From Macrostomum lignano (taxonomy: Eukaryota): a DNA stretch of 64,000 nt. A program made the position numbers and the translations under genes. The stretch is from contig NIVC01001584.1 in assembly GCA_002269645.1 (NCBI GenBank), positions 1 to 64,000 on the forward strand. The letters are read 5' to 3'. Below, piece after piece: positions 51,958 to 62,277 of this stretch (positions within the stretch are counted from its first letter, which is position 1; each line of letters opens with the position of its first letter). The notes beneath the pieces are model-generated. The model did not search any database. It was not told where the DNA came from and worked only from the letters and a program-made list of their open reading frames with translations.

Positions 51958-53186
51958 CACCTGAGCATAGACGCAAGTCAGTCGAGCATCGGCCACTTCA
52001 ACAGTGGCAGCAGCGGCAGCCTCGGCCAGCCAGGGGCAGCGGACGCGGCCCACAAACAGCAGTTGACAGCCAGGCGGGCAGGCAGACTCGGCCAGCCGGA
52101 CAGCCAGTTGAATGTCCGATTCCGTCAGCGGTCGACGCTGTCGAAGGATTCGACGGAGTTCCGCGCTGCTGGCAGCTGAAGAGTCCTTGTGGAAAAATTG
52201 TAGAGTTGGGACTTCCAGATAAGGAGCTCGCAAGCGTTTAATCCAAGGCTGATGGTTTTAGACATCTTTCTATCTACCTAATCGCAAATCAATGGCACCC
52301 ACACCCATGAGCCATCCCCGAGTCGTTTCATATGACAAATAAAATAGGAAGAGTCAGAGTTACAGTTACGCCATAAGCACCGAATGTAGCCCATTGAACT
52401 CTAATTGCACTCTAACAAGCCTACTGAGTTAGTAGAAAGTTAAGGACAAAAACAACGATTCTTGGACAACTCTTTCACGATTCTGCAAGTCATGTGACGC
52501 GCTTGTGACGCAACAGTCGCCTCTTTGACGCATTAGACGCGTTTGAGTCGTTAAAAAATCACAAGAGTCACTAGAGAGCTGTTTACAACGCCTTTTTATC
52601 GATTCTTGTCACGGTAACGTTTTCAACGGGAGGCCCAGCCCCTAAGACACAGAGTGTTCATTCCTGACGATTAGAAAGTCAGGGCCGCTGTGCACCCCGT
52701 GTGAGCGAGTGCAATGAGAGCGTGTCGGTGTACAGTATTGGCGCGCTTGTATGTCGCTCAGGAGTCTGCGGAATGGGCCGGATTGCCTCAAGCGCTGGTT
52801 GCGGGATGATGATGTCGCCGAAGGCGTTACGCCAGGGTGCCCCACAACCCTTAGAATCGAGCTTGGGGACACTTGACCAGAGAGTAGCTGAGCAACTCTT
52901 CCCTTCATCTCAGCTTCGAAAATATTCGAGAATTAACCTCAAGATGCGAAGGCACAGCAGGCACTGGTGGCAGCAGGCGCGGCGAATGCATTCGAAGGCG
53001 AGCATTCCGAAGTCGCTGTCGAATGTCTCGCAGCTCCGCTGATAGCCAGGCAGCTTCTCCATCGAGACCTGAGATGATAGCTTCATCGGGGTCAACTTCC
53101 AGTGCAAGGCGCTCTAGTGACTGAATTGCATTGGACAGGTGCTGACTGGCAGTGACATGGAAATTTGCATTCTTGCCATCTGACAT
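46735..53186 (-). CDS. Tandem RlaP/PF10127-like DNA-polymerase-beta-superfamily nucleotidyltransferase, ~620-675 aa (eight exons)
   Basis: Exons 53186-52938, 52185-51961, 51784-51509, 51089-(50928 or 50758), 50225-49851, 48335-48114, 47616-47399 and 46864-46735. Exon 5 has the signature ACAGSRMYGLSTPQSDVDYLLVY. It is followed by CCEAAEFARQLLRGSIVHLELLF, KAAYQLEHKLNLL...PRVTLEGAERERVLALRS and FLTDWLQVV, matching RlaP-family organisation. Exons 2-5 encode a degenerate first copy. Confidence 0.8.
46940..47340. repeat. Degenerate ~30-bp tandem repeat (GTGACATTTGAAGGTCAAAACTTTAACGAA)
   Basis: Near-exact copies at ~47070-47160, with diverged flanking copies. Confidence 0.75.
47655..48095. repeat. 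22-bp minisatellite (CTAATTCACTAAGCTCCAAACT)n
   Basis: Directly visible. Confidence 0.93.
48345..49830. repeat. 16-bp minisatellite (GTGAGGATTAGGAGCC)n
   Basis: Directly visible. Confidence 0.96.
50285..50640. repeat. 32-bp minisatellite (AATAGCCTATGAGTTCCCCTAATTCAATACCT)n
   Basis: Directly visible. Confidence 0.93.
51125..51505. repeat. 22-bp minisatellite (CCCATGAGAATCTGCCACTCAA)n
   Basis: Directly visible; the unit overlaps the donor sequence of the 51509 exon. Confidence 0.93.
52620..52850 (+). mobile_element. SINE-family copy in intron 1 of the RlaP-like gene
   Basis: CCTGACGATTAGAAAGTCA...GCCGCTGTGCAC...GCGCGCTTGTA...CTCAGGAGTC matches the reverse complement of 34495-34600. GATGTCGCCGAAGGC...GCCAGGGT matches the reverse complement of 39415-39445. 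Confidence 0.65.
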
Positions 53187-54339
53187 GTCTGCTATTGTTC
53201 AACAAATGCTGCAATTATTAGGTAATTATATCATAAAAGTCATAACATAGTAACTCATTAATATAATCATAATAATCAGAGATGTTAGCATGTTTCTGAG
53301 TGTACTTTGGATCATTAATAGTTTGTTTATAAATTCAAAACCAACTTACCAATCAATTTTCTGATAAATTGATGATTTGTCGAAAAAAAATATTTACTCA
53401 AGGATGTTTTATATTTACAAAGTGGATAATGCTGATTGAAAGCATAAAAGCTGAATACATATATTCCTTTAAATAAACCTTTTAATCTTGTATACAAGTA
53501 TAAGCTCGAAAAATATTTAAAAAATTAGGCCTAGCCTAACAATGTCTAGACTAGATGAAATACATAAAAATAAATATTAATATTTTGTCTGTTTATTTTT
53601 AATTTTATCTAAATATGACCTAAAAATAATTTTTTATGCTCATTTATCACAAAATGTTTACTATTATTGACGAGAATTTAATGTATGCTTAGACAATTTG
53701 CATGAAAATCTCATTGTAGGATGAACCTAAAGCTATATTCTATATTGAATTACTATAATTTACATAGCCTATGGATCTTCTAAAATCTTTCAAAATTATA
53801 ATGAACCTCAAAATAAATCAATCAAAACTTCAAAAAATACTTAAATAATTATACAGGTTACATCTAATTTATACAAATCCATAGGGTAAAAGAGTGGTAA
53901 CTTCGAATGTAAGTCATTAGTCTGCTAGTCGGTAATAAACAAAATAAAATTGACAGCCAAATGTATACAATATAAGGATTTTTCAAATTGTAAAATACAT
54001 AAAACTACTAGGCTATTTTGTATAAAATACATGAAACTTATTCAACAAGTTTGGGTTGGTTGGTTGTTTGTTGGCTGTCTGGGAGGGCTGTCTGGGAGGG
54101 GTAGTCTGGGAAGGCTGCCTTGAAGGGTTTGACTAGGAGAGTTTGCCTGGGAAAGCTGCCTTGAGAGGTTTGCCTGGGGGGCTGCCTAGGAAAGATAGCC
54201 TAGAAGGACTGCCTGGGAGGAATTAGTGATTAAAGCAACAAGTAAAAAGCATTCATAAAAATACAATCAGTACATGTGGAGTGCACGGGGTGCAGGGAGT
54301 GCAGGGGTGCAGATGTGCAGGAGTCAAAGAAGTAGAATT

Positions 54340-55720
54340 CTGCTGGGGTTGGGGCTAGGATAGTGAAAGGGCCAGTGCTGTGGGGTCTAGGGCCAAGGCT
54401 AGGGCAGGAGCTAGGGTTGGGGCTAGGGCAGGGGCTAGAGCAGGGGCTGGAATGGGGTAGGGCTGGCGCTGAGATGGGGTAGGGCTGGCGCTGAGATGGG
54501 GTAGGGCTGGCACTGGGGTGCGGTAGGACTAGGGCTGGGATGTGGTAGGGCTGGCGCTGAGATGGGGTAGGGCTGGGGCTGGGGTGGGGTAGGGCTGGGG
54601 CTAGAGCTGGCGCTGGGGTGGGGTAGGGCTGGGGCTGGGGTGGGGTAGGGCTGGGGCTGGAGTGGGGTAGGGCTGGGGCTGGGGCGGGGTAGGGCTGGCG
54701 CTGAGATGGGGTAGGGCTGGGCTGGGGCTAGAGCTGGCGCTGGGGTGGGGTAGGGCTGGGGCTGGGGCGGGGTAGGGCTGGCGCTGAGATGGGGTAGGGC
54801 TGGGGCTGGGGTGGGGTAGGGCTGGGGCTAGAGCAGGGGCTGGGATGGGGTAGGGCTGGCGCTGAGATGGGCTAGGGCTGGGGCTCGGGTGGGGTAGGGC
54901 TGGGGCTGGAGTGGGGTAGGGCTAGGGCTGGGGTGGGGTAGAGCTGGGCTGGGGTAGGGTAGGAGTGGGGTACTGGAGTGGGGTAGGGCTGGGGCTGGAG
55001 TGGGGTAGGGCTGGGGCTGGAGTGGGGTAAGGCTGGGGCTGGGGTGGGGTAGGGCTGGGGCTAGAGCAGGGGCTGGGATGGGGTAGGGCTGGCGCTGAGA
55101 TAGGGTAGGGCTGGCACTGGGGTGGGGTAGGACTGGGGCTGGGGCGGGGTAGGGCTGGCGCTGAGATGGGGTAGGGCTGGGGCTGGGGTGGGGTAGGGCT
55201 GGGGCTAGAGCAGGGGCTGGGATGGGGTAGGGCTGGCGCTGAGATGGGGTAGGGCTGGGGCTAGAGCAGGGCTAGGGTGTGGTAGGGCTGGGGCTGGAGT
55301 GGGGTAGGGCTGGGGTGGGTAGGGCTGGGGCTGGGGTGGGTAGGGCTGGGGCTAGGGCAGGGGCAGGGGCTAGGGTTAGGGCTAGAGTAGGGGCTGGGAT
55401 AGAGTGGGGTAGGGCTGGGGCTAGGATAGAGTACAGGCTAGGGCTAGGGCTAGGCTGGGCTGGTGATTGAGCTTAAGCTGGAGCTGGCTGCTGGGGCTGT
55501 AGTGTGGCTAGAGCTTGAGCTGGGGCTAGGCTGGGGCTTGAGCTCAAGCTAGGGCTAAGCTAGGGCTATTGCTAGGGTAGGGCTGGGCTAGGGCTATAGC
55601 CAAGCTAGTGCCAGGGCCAGGACTATTGTTAGAGTTTTGTCTAATGCTATGGCTATGGCTGCTAAGGTTAAGGCTAGGGCTAAGTAGAGCTAGGGCTAGG
55701 GTCAGGACTAGGGATGGGGC
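54340..55720. repeat. G-rich degenerate satellite (GGGGTAGGGCTGGGGCT-like)
   Basis: Directly visible; dense G3-G4 runs. Confidence 0.92.
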
Positions 55721-58153
55721 TAGGCTTATGGTATACAATAGTTTTTAGAGATATAGGCAACTATATATAATAGTTTCTATAAACCTAAACATTTTTAATA
55801 ATAGAAACTGTAGCTATAAAATAAATTAATAGCCTATCCAGCTATTCTATTCCAATACTGTATCCAGCTATAATATGTATGGTAGTATAGCTTTATACTA
55901 CTACAGGGCTTTAGAATTTATTAACAGTATAGCTTTATAATTGTAATACTTTATATATAGCTCTCTTTACATTAAAGCACTGGATTTAGAAAGTTGTACA
56001 GTGGCACAGTGCTAGACATATGGTCTATTGCTAGCATGCTACTAAATACTATATAGCCATTGATATCTGATATTGACGATAGCATCAATTTATAGAGTCA
56101 GTAGCTTGTTAATGTTAAGTGCTTTCTAATTGTTTTTTTTTAGTTTTTACTAAGCTTGCTATGCAAAACAATTAAAAGAAGTTTTTTGGAAACATTTTGT
56201 ATGCTTAGTATATAGTTCACTTCTACACAAAGTACAATCCAACTTCTATTTGCAATATAATAGAATTTGCTATATAGCGTGCCAGCGTGGGTTGGCAAAC
56301 ATTTTCGAAACAGAGTTTCGTAGAAATATACAATTCAAATTAGGAGAAAAAATTCAATTTAAACTTCTGTCATTTTAAGCGAATATCAAGCAAATATGCG
56401 TTTCGCTTCTTTCTGCATTGGCACTTATATATTTAATTCATTTAGGCAAAGATGATCTTTTTCCAGGCAACGTATACAAGAAAGATCAACAGAAGATCTT
56501 TTCCCAGGCTAGCCTGGAGATTTTTTGATCTTTTTCCCAGTCTAGCCTACTGCCGTCGGGTGTCCAATTGGTGACAAGACGATCTGGCGACAATCAAAGC
56601 GGCGACAGATTTGTTTGTAGATTTGTTTGTAGATTATAGATACAAGCTACTTTTTCCTAATTGTTATTTAACGGTGTGCCTAGAAGTTTGCTGACTGGAC
56701 CTAATTTTTTATATGTATTGCAGTGCCTCCCAGCGTAAAAAACAAAGTTTTGTTTGTTGGAACTTTTTTCGAAAGTGTTTTTTTAATCTGTGCGCCTAGG
56801 CATTTTTTGACTGCAGCGAATTTTTAATACATGCACGTAGTTCTCCCAGAGTACAGTGGTTCAAATGGGCACTGTCACGTCAAGTACATTCAGTTGAGCA
56901 GCTGCATTTTATAATTTTAGTGTCATTAATTAGTGTATTTAGTGTCATTTTAACACAAAAGTTTATTTCTCTAGTTTATTACAATTAACCCCGGATAGCA
57001 AAGATGGTGAAAAGAACTACACAATCATAACTTTAATAATGCTAAATACGAGCTTAGCTGTACTAATAGCTTTAATAAAAATAAAAATAAAAAAATAATA
57101 ATATTAATAATAATAGTAATAATAATAATAATCTTAATAACAATAATAATAATAATACTAATAACAATGACAATCAATAAGAATAATAAGAATCTGGCGA
57201 ACACGAGAGCAGAATCAGACCTCCTATTCAACTGGAGCTGCCCAAGAAGGCGAGATCAACCGCAAGAAGCTTGACAACCGAGAGAGAGAGAAAGAGAGCT
57301 AGGACTGTGTAATCAACCATGGACAGAATTAAGAGAAGGAAAACTATGCTTTTTTTCTAAAATCTTTCTATCCCAAAATTTATCTAACGCAACACATATA
57401 TTTGCAAAACCCTGAATAATCTCTAACCCACACACTTAGCAACCTACTAGAACTAACTAAATTCGTGTACAACTAGGGGACTGAGTCCCAGATTTTCTAT
57501 TGCCTCAATTTTCTATTGCCTCTATTCCCTCGCTGTTGCTAACCACGCAAAGACGTCCCACCGGCAGCGGGGGATCGGAGGTAAAAAATTCCAATCTGCC
57601 AAAAATGCAAAACCTAAGTCCTAATCCACTTATTTGTCTTAATAGTTATTGAAGGTGAGATATTCCGAGGGACATAATTATTTCAGCCTGAGTACTTGGA
57701 GATCCGGTCAACTTATACGGTTTGCTCTGACTGCCTGATAGAAGAATTAAGGAGCTGAAGAACCTTGAACCGCTAGACCCACATTATAGAAAGTGAGAAT
57801 TCAAACAATAAAGGCACCAGCTGAGAAAAACGCGTATAGTTAAGTTAGAAAGGCAAAAGCAGAGGCCAAAAGTGAAATGACGTTAACGACAGCCAAGGCA
57901 ACAGAAGTCTGTCGGTGCGGTGCCAGGCAAAACCACGACAAGTCACCCCGGACTGGCGGGCGAGGCAGAACTAAACTCCAAACTTTGACGAAATGCCAAA
58001 GTTTCAGCAGCCGTATGTGGATGCTCTGGTATTGTTTTTTGACACAAAAAAGTTCTTCACTTGGGCGAAGTGTGCTCCATGCACGCATCAAACACAAGCG
58101 ACAGGAAACTGCATGATTATTTCACCAGTCAACACGTACTAAGATACTGTAAG

Positions 58154-60789
58154 TGTTGTGTATTGAACGCGTAGGTTTGGTTGCCAGAAAAGAAACTTAG
58201 TGAGTCTCGCCGGACCACGGCCTGTATTTATATATTAACATGCACGCTGTAAGAAAAATTGGATGTTAGATTATTGCGTAACGCGTTTCGCAAATTAACG
58301 TGCCCGACGGGCCGCACACTGAACATATAGAGTTAAGTACGTATGGTCGCGCACTCACAACATCCTCCCCACATGAGATTCCCCTAAGTAATCGCATGTC
58401 AGTTCAGTGCATCATACACGGTTCAGTTCACGAGCGCATTGGCAGTCGACGCTCGTGCTCTGACCTTCTCAGCACCGGCGGGGGTGCCGGCGGGTCCCCA
58501 GCGAGATGATCAGGCGGTCCTGGCGGATCCACCTCCGGGCCGCCACCACCTTCGTCGAGCTGCGCGTCGCCGTCGTCGTCGCTTCCTTTGCCAGGTCCGG
58601 CCGGCACGCAGCGCCGCAGGTGCCACCGCTTGCCGTTTCCGAGCAGCACGGTTGTACTTCTTGAATCGCTTGAGAACCCGGAACGGCCCGGCGAGCTTCG
58701 GCTCCAGCTTGCCAGGTGCCATCGGCTTGGAGATGTGCACCCAGGAGCCGTCTTGGATGACCGCGGTCCGCGTCGCTGATGCATGCCGCCGACGGTCGGT
58801 GTCGCTCTTTGCTCGTTGCTTTGCCGTGGCGACCCGGTCATGAGTTGACGTCGTCCGCTTGGCTTCCGAGTCCGGTTGGAGTGCGAGCAGCGGGGTGCGT
58901 ATTGGTCGGCCAGTCATGAGCTCGTGTGGACTCGAACCCATGACGTGCGTTGGGGTCGCCCTGTAGGCCGCGACGACAGCTCGGACCGCCTTGCAGAAGG
59001 TCCACCCGGCGACCAAGTGCGCTGTCACTAAGTGTGTCCAAGTGGTTGAATCGCCTGACGTTGCCGTTTTGTTCTGGACAGTACACTGCCGTTCGCTTGT
59101 GTTCGATCGCCAGGCTTGCCAGGTACTCGTCGAACTCTCGGCCGAACTGGGGTCCATTGTCGGTTGTGATGCTCTTCGGGATGCCCCACCTCGACCAGAT
59201 GACCTCGAGGAAGTCGACGACTACCTTGGTTGTGACCGATTCTACGAGCGCGACTTCTGGCCATCGGCTGAACTGATCGATGAGCAGGATCGCGAATCTC
59301 TGGTGACGCGGCGCCGCTCTGAACTCTCCGCAGATTTCGAGCTGCAGCTCCTCCCAGGCTCCTGCTGGCGTGCTGGACTGTTGCCTGATCGACTCGAAGA
59401 GGTCCTTGGAGTTGTCCTGGAGTTGTGAGCCCTCGTCACCGAGATGGTTAATTTGAAGAGACACACCAAACTTCGAGAAGTCGGAACGCCCAAGAAGGCT
59501 TGAGCTGCCCTCGGTGATATGAAAACAGACCGAGGCCGTCTTTTCCTTGAACGTGACCGGGAGCGTCGCTGTCCCGTAGGTCCTGATGTGCGAGCCTCCG
59601 TAGGCCACGAACCGTGCTGGTGGTCCGCTTCCCTTGGTTGCGTGTCGTCGAACTCTCTGGAAGTCGGACATGCTGATCACCGACACGGAGGCACCGCTGT
59701 CCAGCGTCAGCGTCAGCAGCTCGTCGCGGACCGCGCATTCGATGTTGTGGACGGCAGTCGGATCCTGGTTCGCGACTTGCAGGATGGTGCTCACCTCCTC
59801 GCCGACTGTCGCCACCGTCTTGCTTCGGCACACAGCGGCAAAGTGGTTCAGTTTACGGCAGTTTTTGCACGTTTTTCCCATTGCCGGGCACTTGTGCTCC
59901 TTGCTGTAGTCGCCGCCGCATCGCCTGCACTTCTCGCTGTCCTTGCGCGTTTTGGGCTTGGCTCTGACTTTCTGCTTTGAGACGGCGTGCACTGTCTTTT
60001 GAGACGCCCCTGATATGCCGTTGAGGACCTTGGCTTCGTTGATGGCCGTCTCGATTTGGTTGGTGAGCTGCAGGGACTTCTCCAATGTCAGGTCGTCTGG
60101 TTCCATCAGCAGCCTCTCACGGATACGTGGCATGCACGTTTTCTCGATAAGCTGATCGCGGACCATCTCCTTCGTCAGGTCCTTGAACGCGCAATCGGCC
60201 GCGAGCTGCTGCAGATCTCTGACGAACTGCTGCACCGGCTCCCCTGGTCGCTGCTCCCTGCACCGAAACCTGTAGCGAGCTCCGATGACGCTCTTGTTCG
60301 GCACGAAGATTTTGTCCATTTCTTCGAGCAGTTTCTTCATGTCGTTCGCCTCCACGCTTTCCGCCTGCCGTTGGCCCTCCGGCGCGAGGCAGTGTCGAAG
60401 GACGGCAATTTGTTTCGCCTCCGACGTTTTGTCCAGTTCCGTTGCCGTTGAATAGATCGCGAACTGACTTTTCCACCTTGGCCACGGGCAGCTTGGCTCG
60501 CCCGGGCTAGCCAGGTACGGCGTTGGTGGGTTGAAACTGAAGTCTGCCATCTTCGTCGCCATTGTTGTGTATTGAACGCGTAGGTTTGGTTGCCAGAAAA
60601 GAAACTTAGTGAGTCTCGCCGGACCACGGCCTGTATTTATATATTAACTTAATATATTAACTTTTTCTAACGCTGTGAGAAAAATTGGATGTTAGATTAT
60701 TGCGTAACGCGTTTTCGCAAATTAACGTGCCCGACGGGCCGCACACTGAACATATAGAGTTAAGTACGTATGCTCGCGCACCCACAACA
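58154..60789 (-). mobile_element. Gypsy (Mag-like) LTR retrotransposon, 2636 bp, gag-protease-integrase without RT/RNase H
   Basis: LTRs at 60563-60789 and 58154-58362, both TGTTGTG...CACAACA. 5-bp TSD GTAAG at 58149-58153 and 60790-60794. PBS-like TGGCGACGA lies 1 nt inside the 5' LTR, and PPT GGGGAGGA abuts the 3' LTR. Confidence 0.95.
58838..60562 (-). CDS. Gag (two Zn knuckles)-aspartic protease fused in frame to a partial integrase core
   Basis: CRRCGG...HKCPAMGKTCKNCRKLNHFAAVC; protease LDSGASVS and LLGRSD; then directly IDQFSRWPE...WGIPKSITTDNGPQF. The integrase C-terminus (AYRATP...SPHELMTGRPIRT...GPFRV) continues after frameshifts at ~59035 and ~58652. Confidence 0.9.
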   Translation of the reverse strand: MATKMADFSFNPPTPYLASPGEPSCPWPRWKSQFAIYSTATELDKTSEAKQIAVLRHCLAPEGQRQAESVEANDMKKLLEEMDKIFVPNKSVIGARYRFRCREQRPGEPVQQFVRDLQQLAADCAFKDLTKEMVRDQLIEKTCMPRIRERLLMEPDDLTLEKSLQLTNQIETAINEAKVLNGISGASQKTVHAVSKQKVRAKPKTRKDSEKCRRCGGDYSKEHKCPAMGKTCKNCRKLNHFAAVCRSKTVATVGEEVSTILQVANQDPTAVHNIECAVRDELLTLTLDSGASVSVISMSDFQRVRRHATKGSGPPARFVAYGGSHIRTYGTATLPVTFKEKTASVCFHITEGSSSLLGRSDFSKFGVSLQINHLGDEGSQLQDNSKDLFESIRQQSSTPAGAWEELQLEICGEFRAAPRHQRFAILLIDQFSRWPEVALVESVTTKVVVDFLEVIWSRWGIPKSITTDNGPQFGREFDEYLASLAIEHKRTAVYCPEQNGNVRRFNHLDTLSDSALGRRVDLLQGGPSCRRGLQGDPNARHGFESTRAHDWPTNTHPAARTPTGLGSQADDVNS

Positions 60790-62277
60790 GTAAGTCCTGG
60801 AGCAATATTGTCCTGGAGCAATGTAGTCGTCGTGTATACATGTATATCCAAAAAGAGCCAAACTGAAAACTGCTGCTTGGTTTCTGGGTACTATACTGGT
60901 ACATGCAGATTCAGGTCTCTTCGTCACGGCTGTGATGATCACCCAGCACCACTTTGATCTGCCAAAAACAAATAATTCTTGCCCAAATTCGCACTAACAA
61001 ACGCAACCTTGTTCGCTGTTTGGTCCTCCAGGAGGTTGTGGTGAGGTATCAATTGGGTGCAATGCTTGGAGGATCCAGCTTCTCATGCAGAAAGGATATG
61101 TTAGCGCTGCCGATCCAATGCCCAGAACCAATCCTTTGATCTCGACACGTTGGTCTTCATCAATCATTCTGCGAACAGCAGCGATGTTCTCATCCATGAC
61201 GGCAGAAGCTGGACGTATATTCAGAGGCTCGTCATCAAAAGGCTTCTTTGGCCCCACTTTGCCCTCATAATTGTACCACCGAAAAACCGTGGCAGGGGAA
61301 GGCCGGCTTGGTCTCCAAAGGCTGAGTGAAACTTTCGAGACATTGCATTTTCGCTGGTGGTAAGCTATTATGATACGATTTATAGTTTCGATTTATGAGT
61401 TTCATCGGATGGAGTACCTTTGATAAGGGGTGCTAATCGACTTTCAAAAGCAATTGTGAATAATTAACATTTAAAAGATGCTGAAGATCTATACTTTCAT
61501 TAGAAGGGTGATAGATATATGTAAATACAAGCGCCTGCAGCTGTGACTCATGGGCTACACGTGCTCAACACTTTCAGCACGCCCCTCGTAAGTTAAAGCC
61601 GGTCTAGTTTCACTCTTCACAATGGATAGTTGTACAGTTGATTCCGTATGCGTTTCAGTCATTTTTGGCCGTGATAGAAACCATTTGCACACTGGTTTCA
61701 ATCAGATACAGGAAATGATGCACATTGAAGAGAATGGTAGAGTGGCCGGGGTACAGGCTATAGTTCCATTTGCTACATGTTATCGCAACATTATAAAGAC
61801 TCTCGATCGCAGGTTACAAATTTGCTCTGCACTCTAGGCTCCACTACACCACATGTATGTCACGTACATCTCAACTTTGTCTTGTCAGACAGGCGAGTAT
61901 CAGAATAACTACTGCTTAAAGAGACACGTGCCATAGTTCGATAGACACACAGTGTCCGCTGAACTCCTTGAACTACACGCGGCTAATTTTTTACGTTGGA
62001 TCATGCCAACCATTATTAACCTTCACAGACTGTGAACCCGGTAAAATATGCCTGCCTGCTACACATCACACACCAACGTATAATCAGCTGGTGACCATCT
62101 GAAATTTATTACAAGTCAAGCAAAATATCATCTACGATCCGAGCTGAGTACAGTGATCAACAGCATGGTTCAAGCTTTGTTGAGCAAATGCAATTTTGGA
62201 AATAAAACCCATTGCGACCAGAGACATATTTTCGAAAATATGTTTCAAAAATATCGCTAAAATACTTATAATCGATG

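Larger units (their letters stand above)
57880..61590 (-). mobile_element. Degenerate mariner (Tc1/mariner) element interrupted by the LTR element
   Basis: TIR TACGAGGGGCGTGCTGAAAGT (rc at 61570-61590). Frameshifted transposase remnants: ATVFRWYNY...DDEPLNIRP...DENIAAVRRMIDEDQRV (~61290-61140), PHHNLLEDQ (WVPHxL-like), DEET*ICMYQY (GDETW-like, ~60920). Left of the LTR element is LPRPPVRGDL (HPPYSPDL-like, ~57960). Confidence 0.7.

Noticed and set aside
46735-53186. Bacterial contamination as the source of the RlaP-like NTase
   Set aside because: The gene is split by spliceosomal introns containing host-type minisatellites and a host SINE.
58300-60627. Many short overlapping ORFs on both strands
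   Set aside because: Shadow ORFs of the GC-rich retroelement coding sequence.
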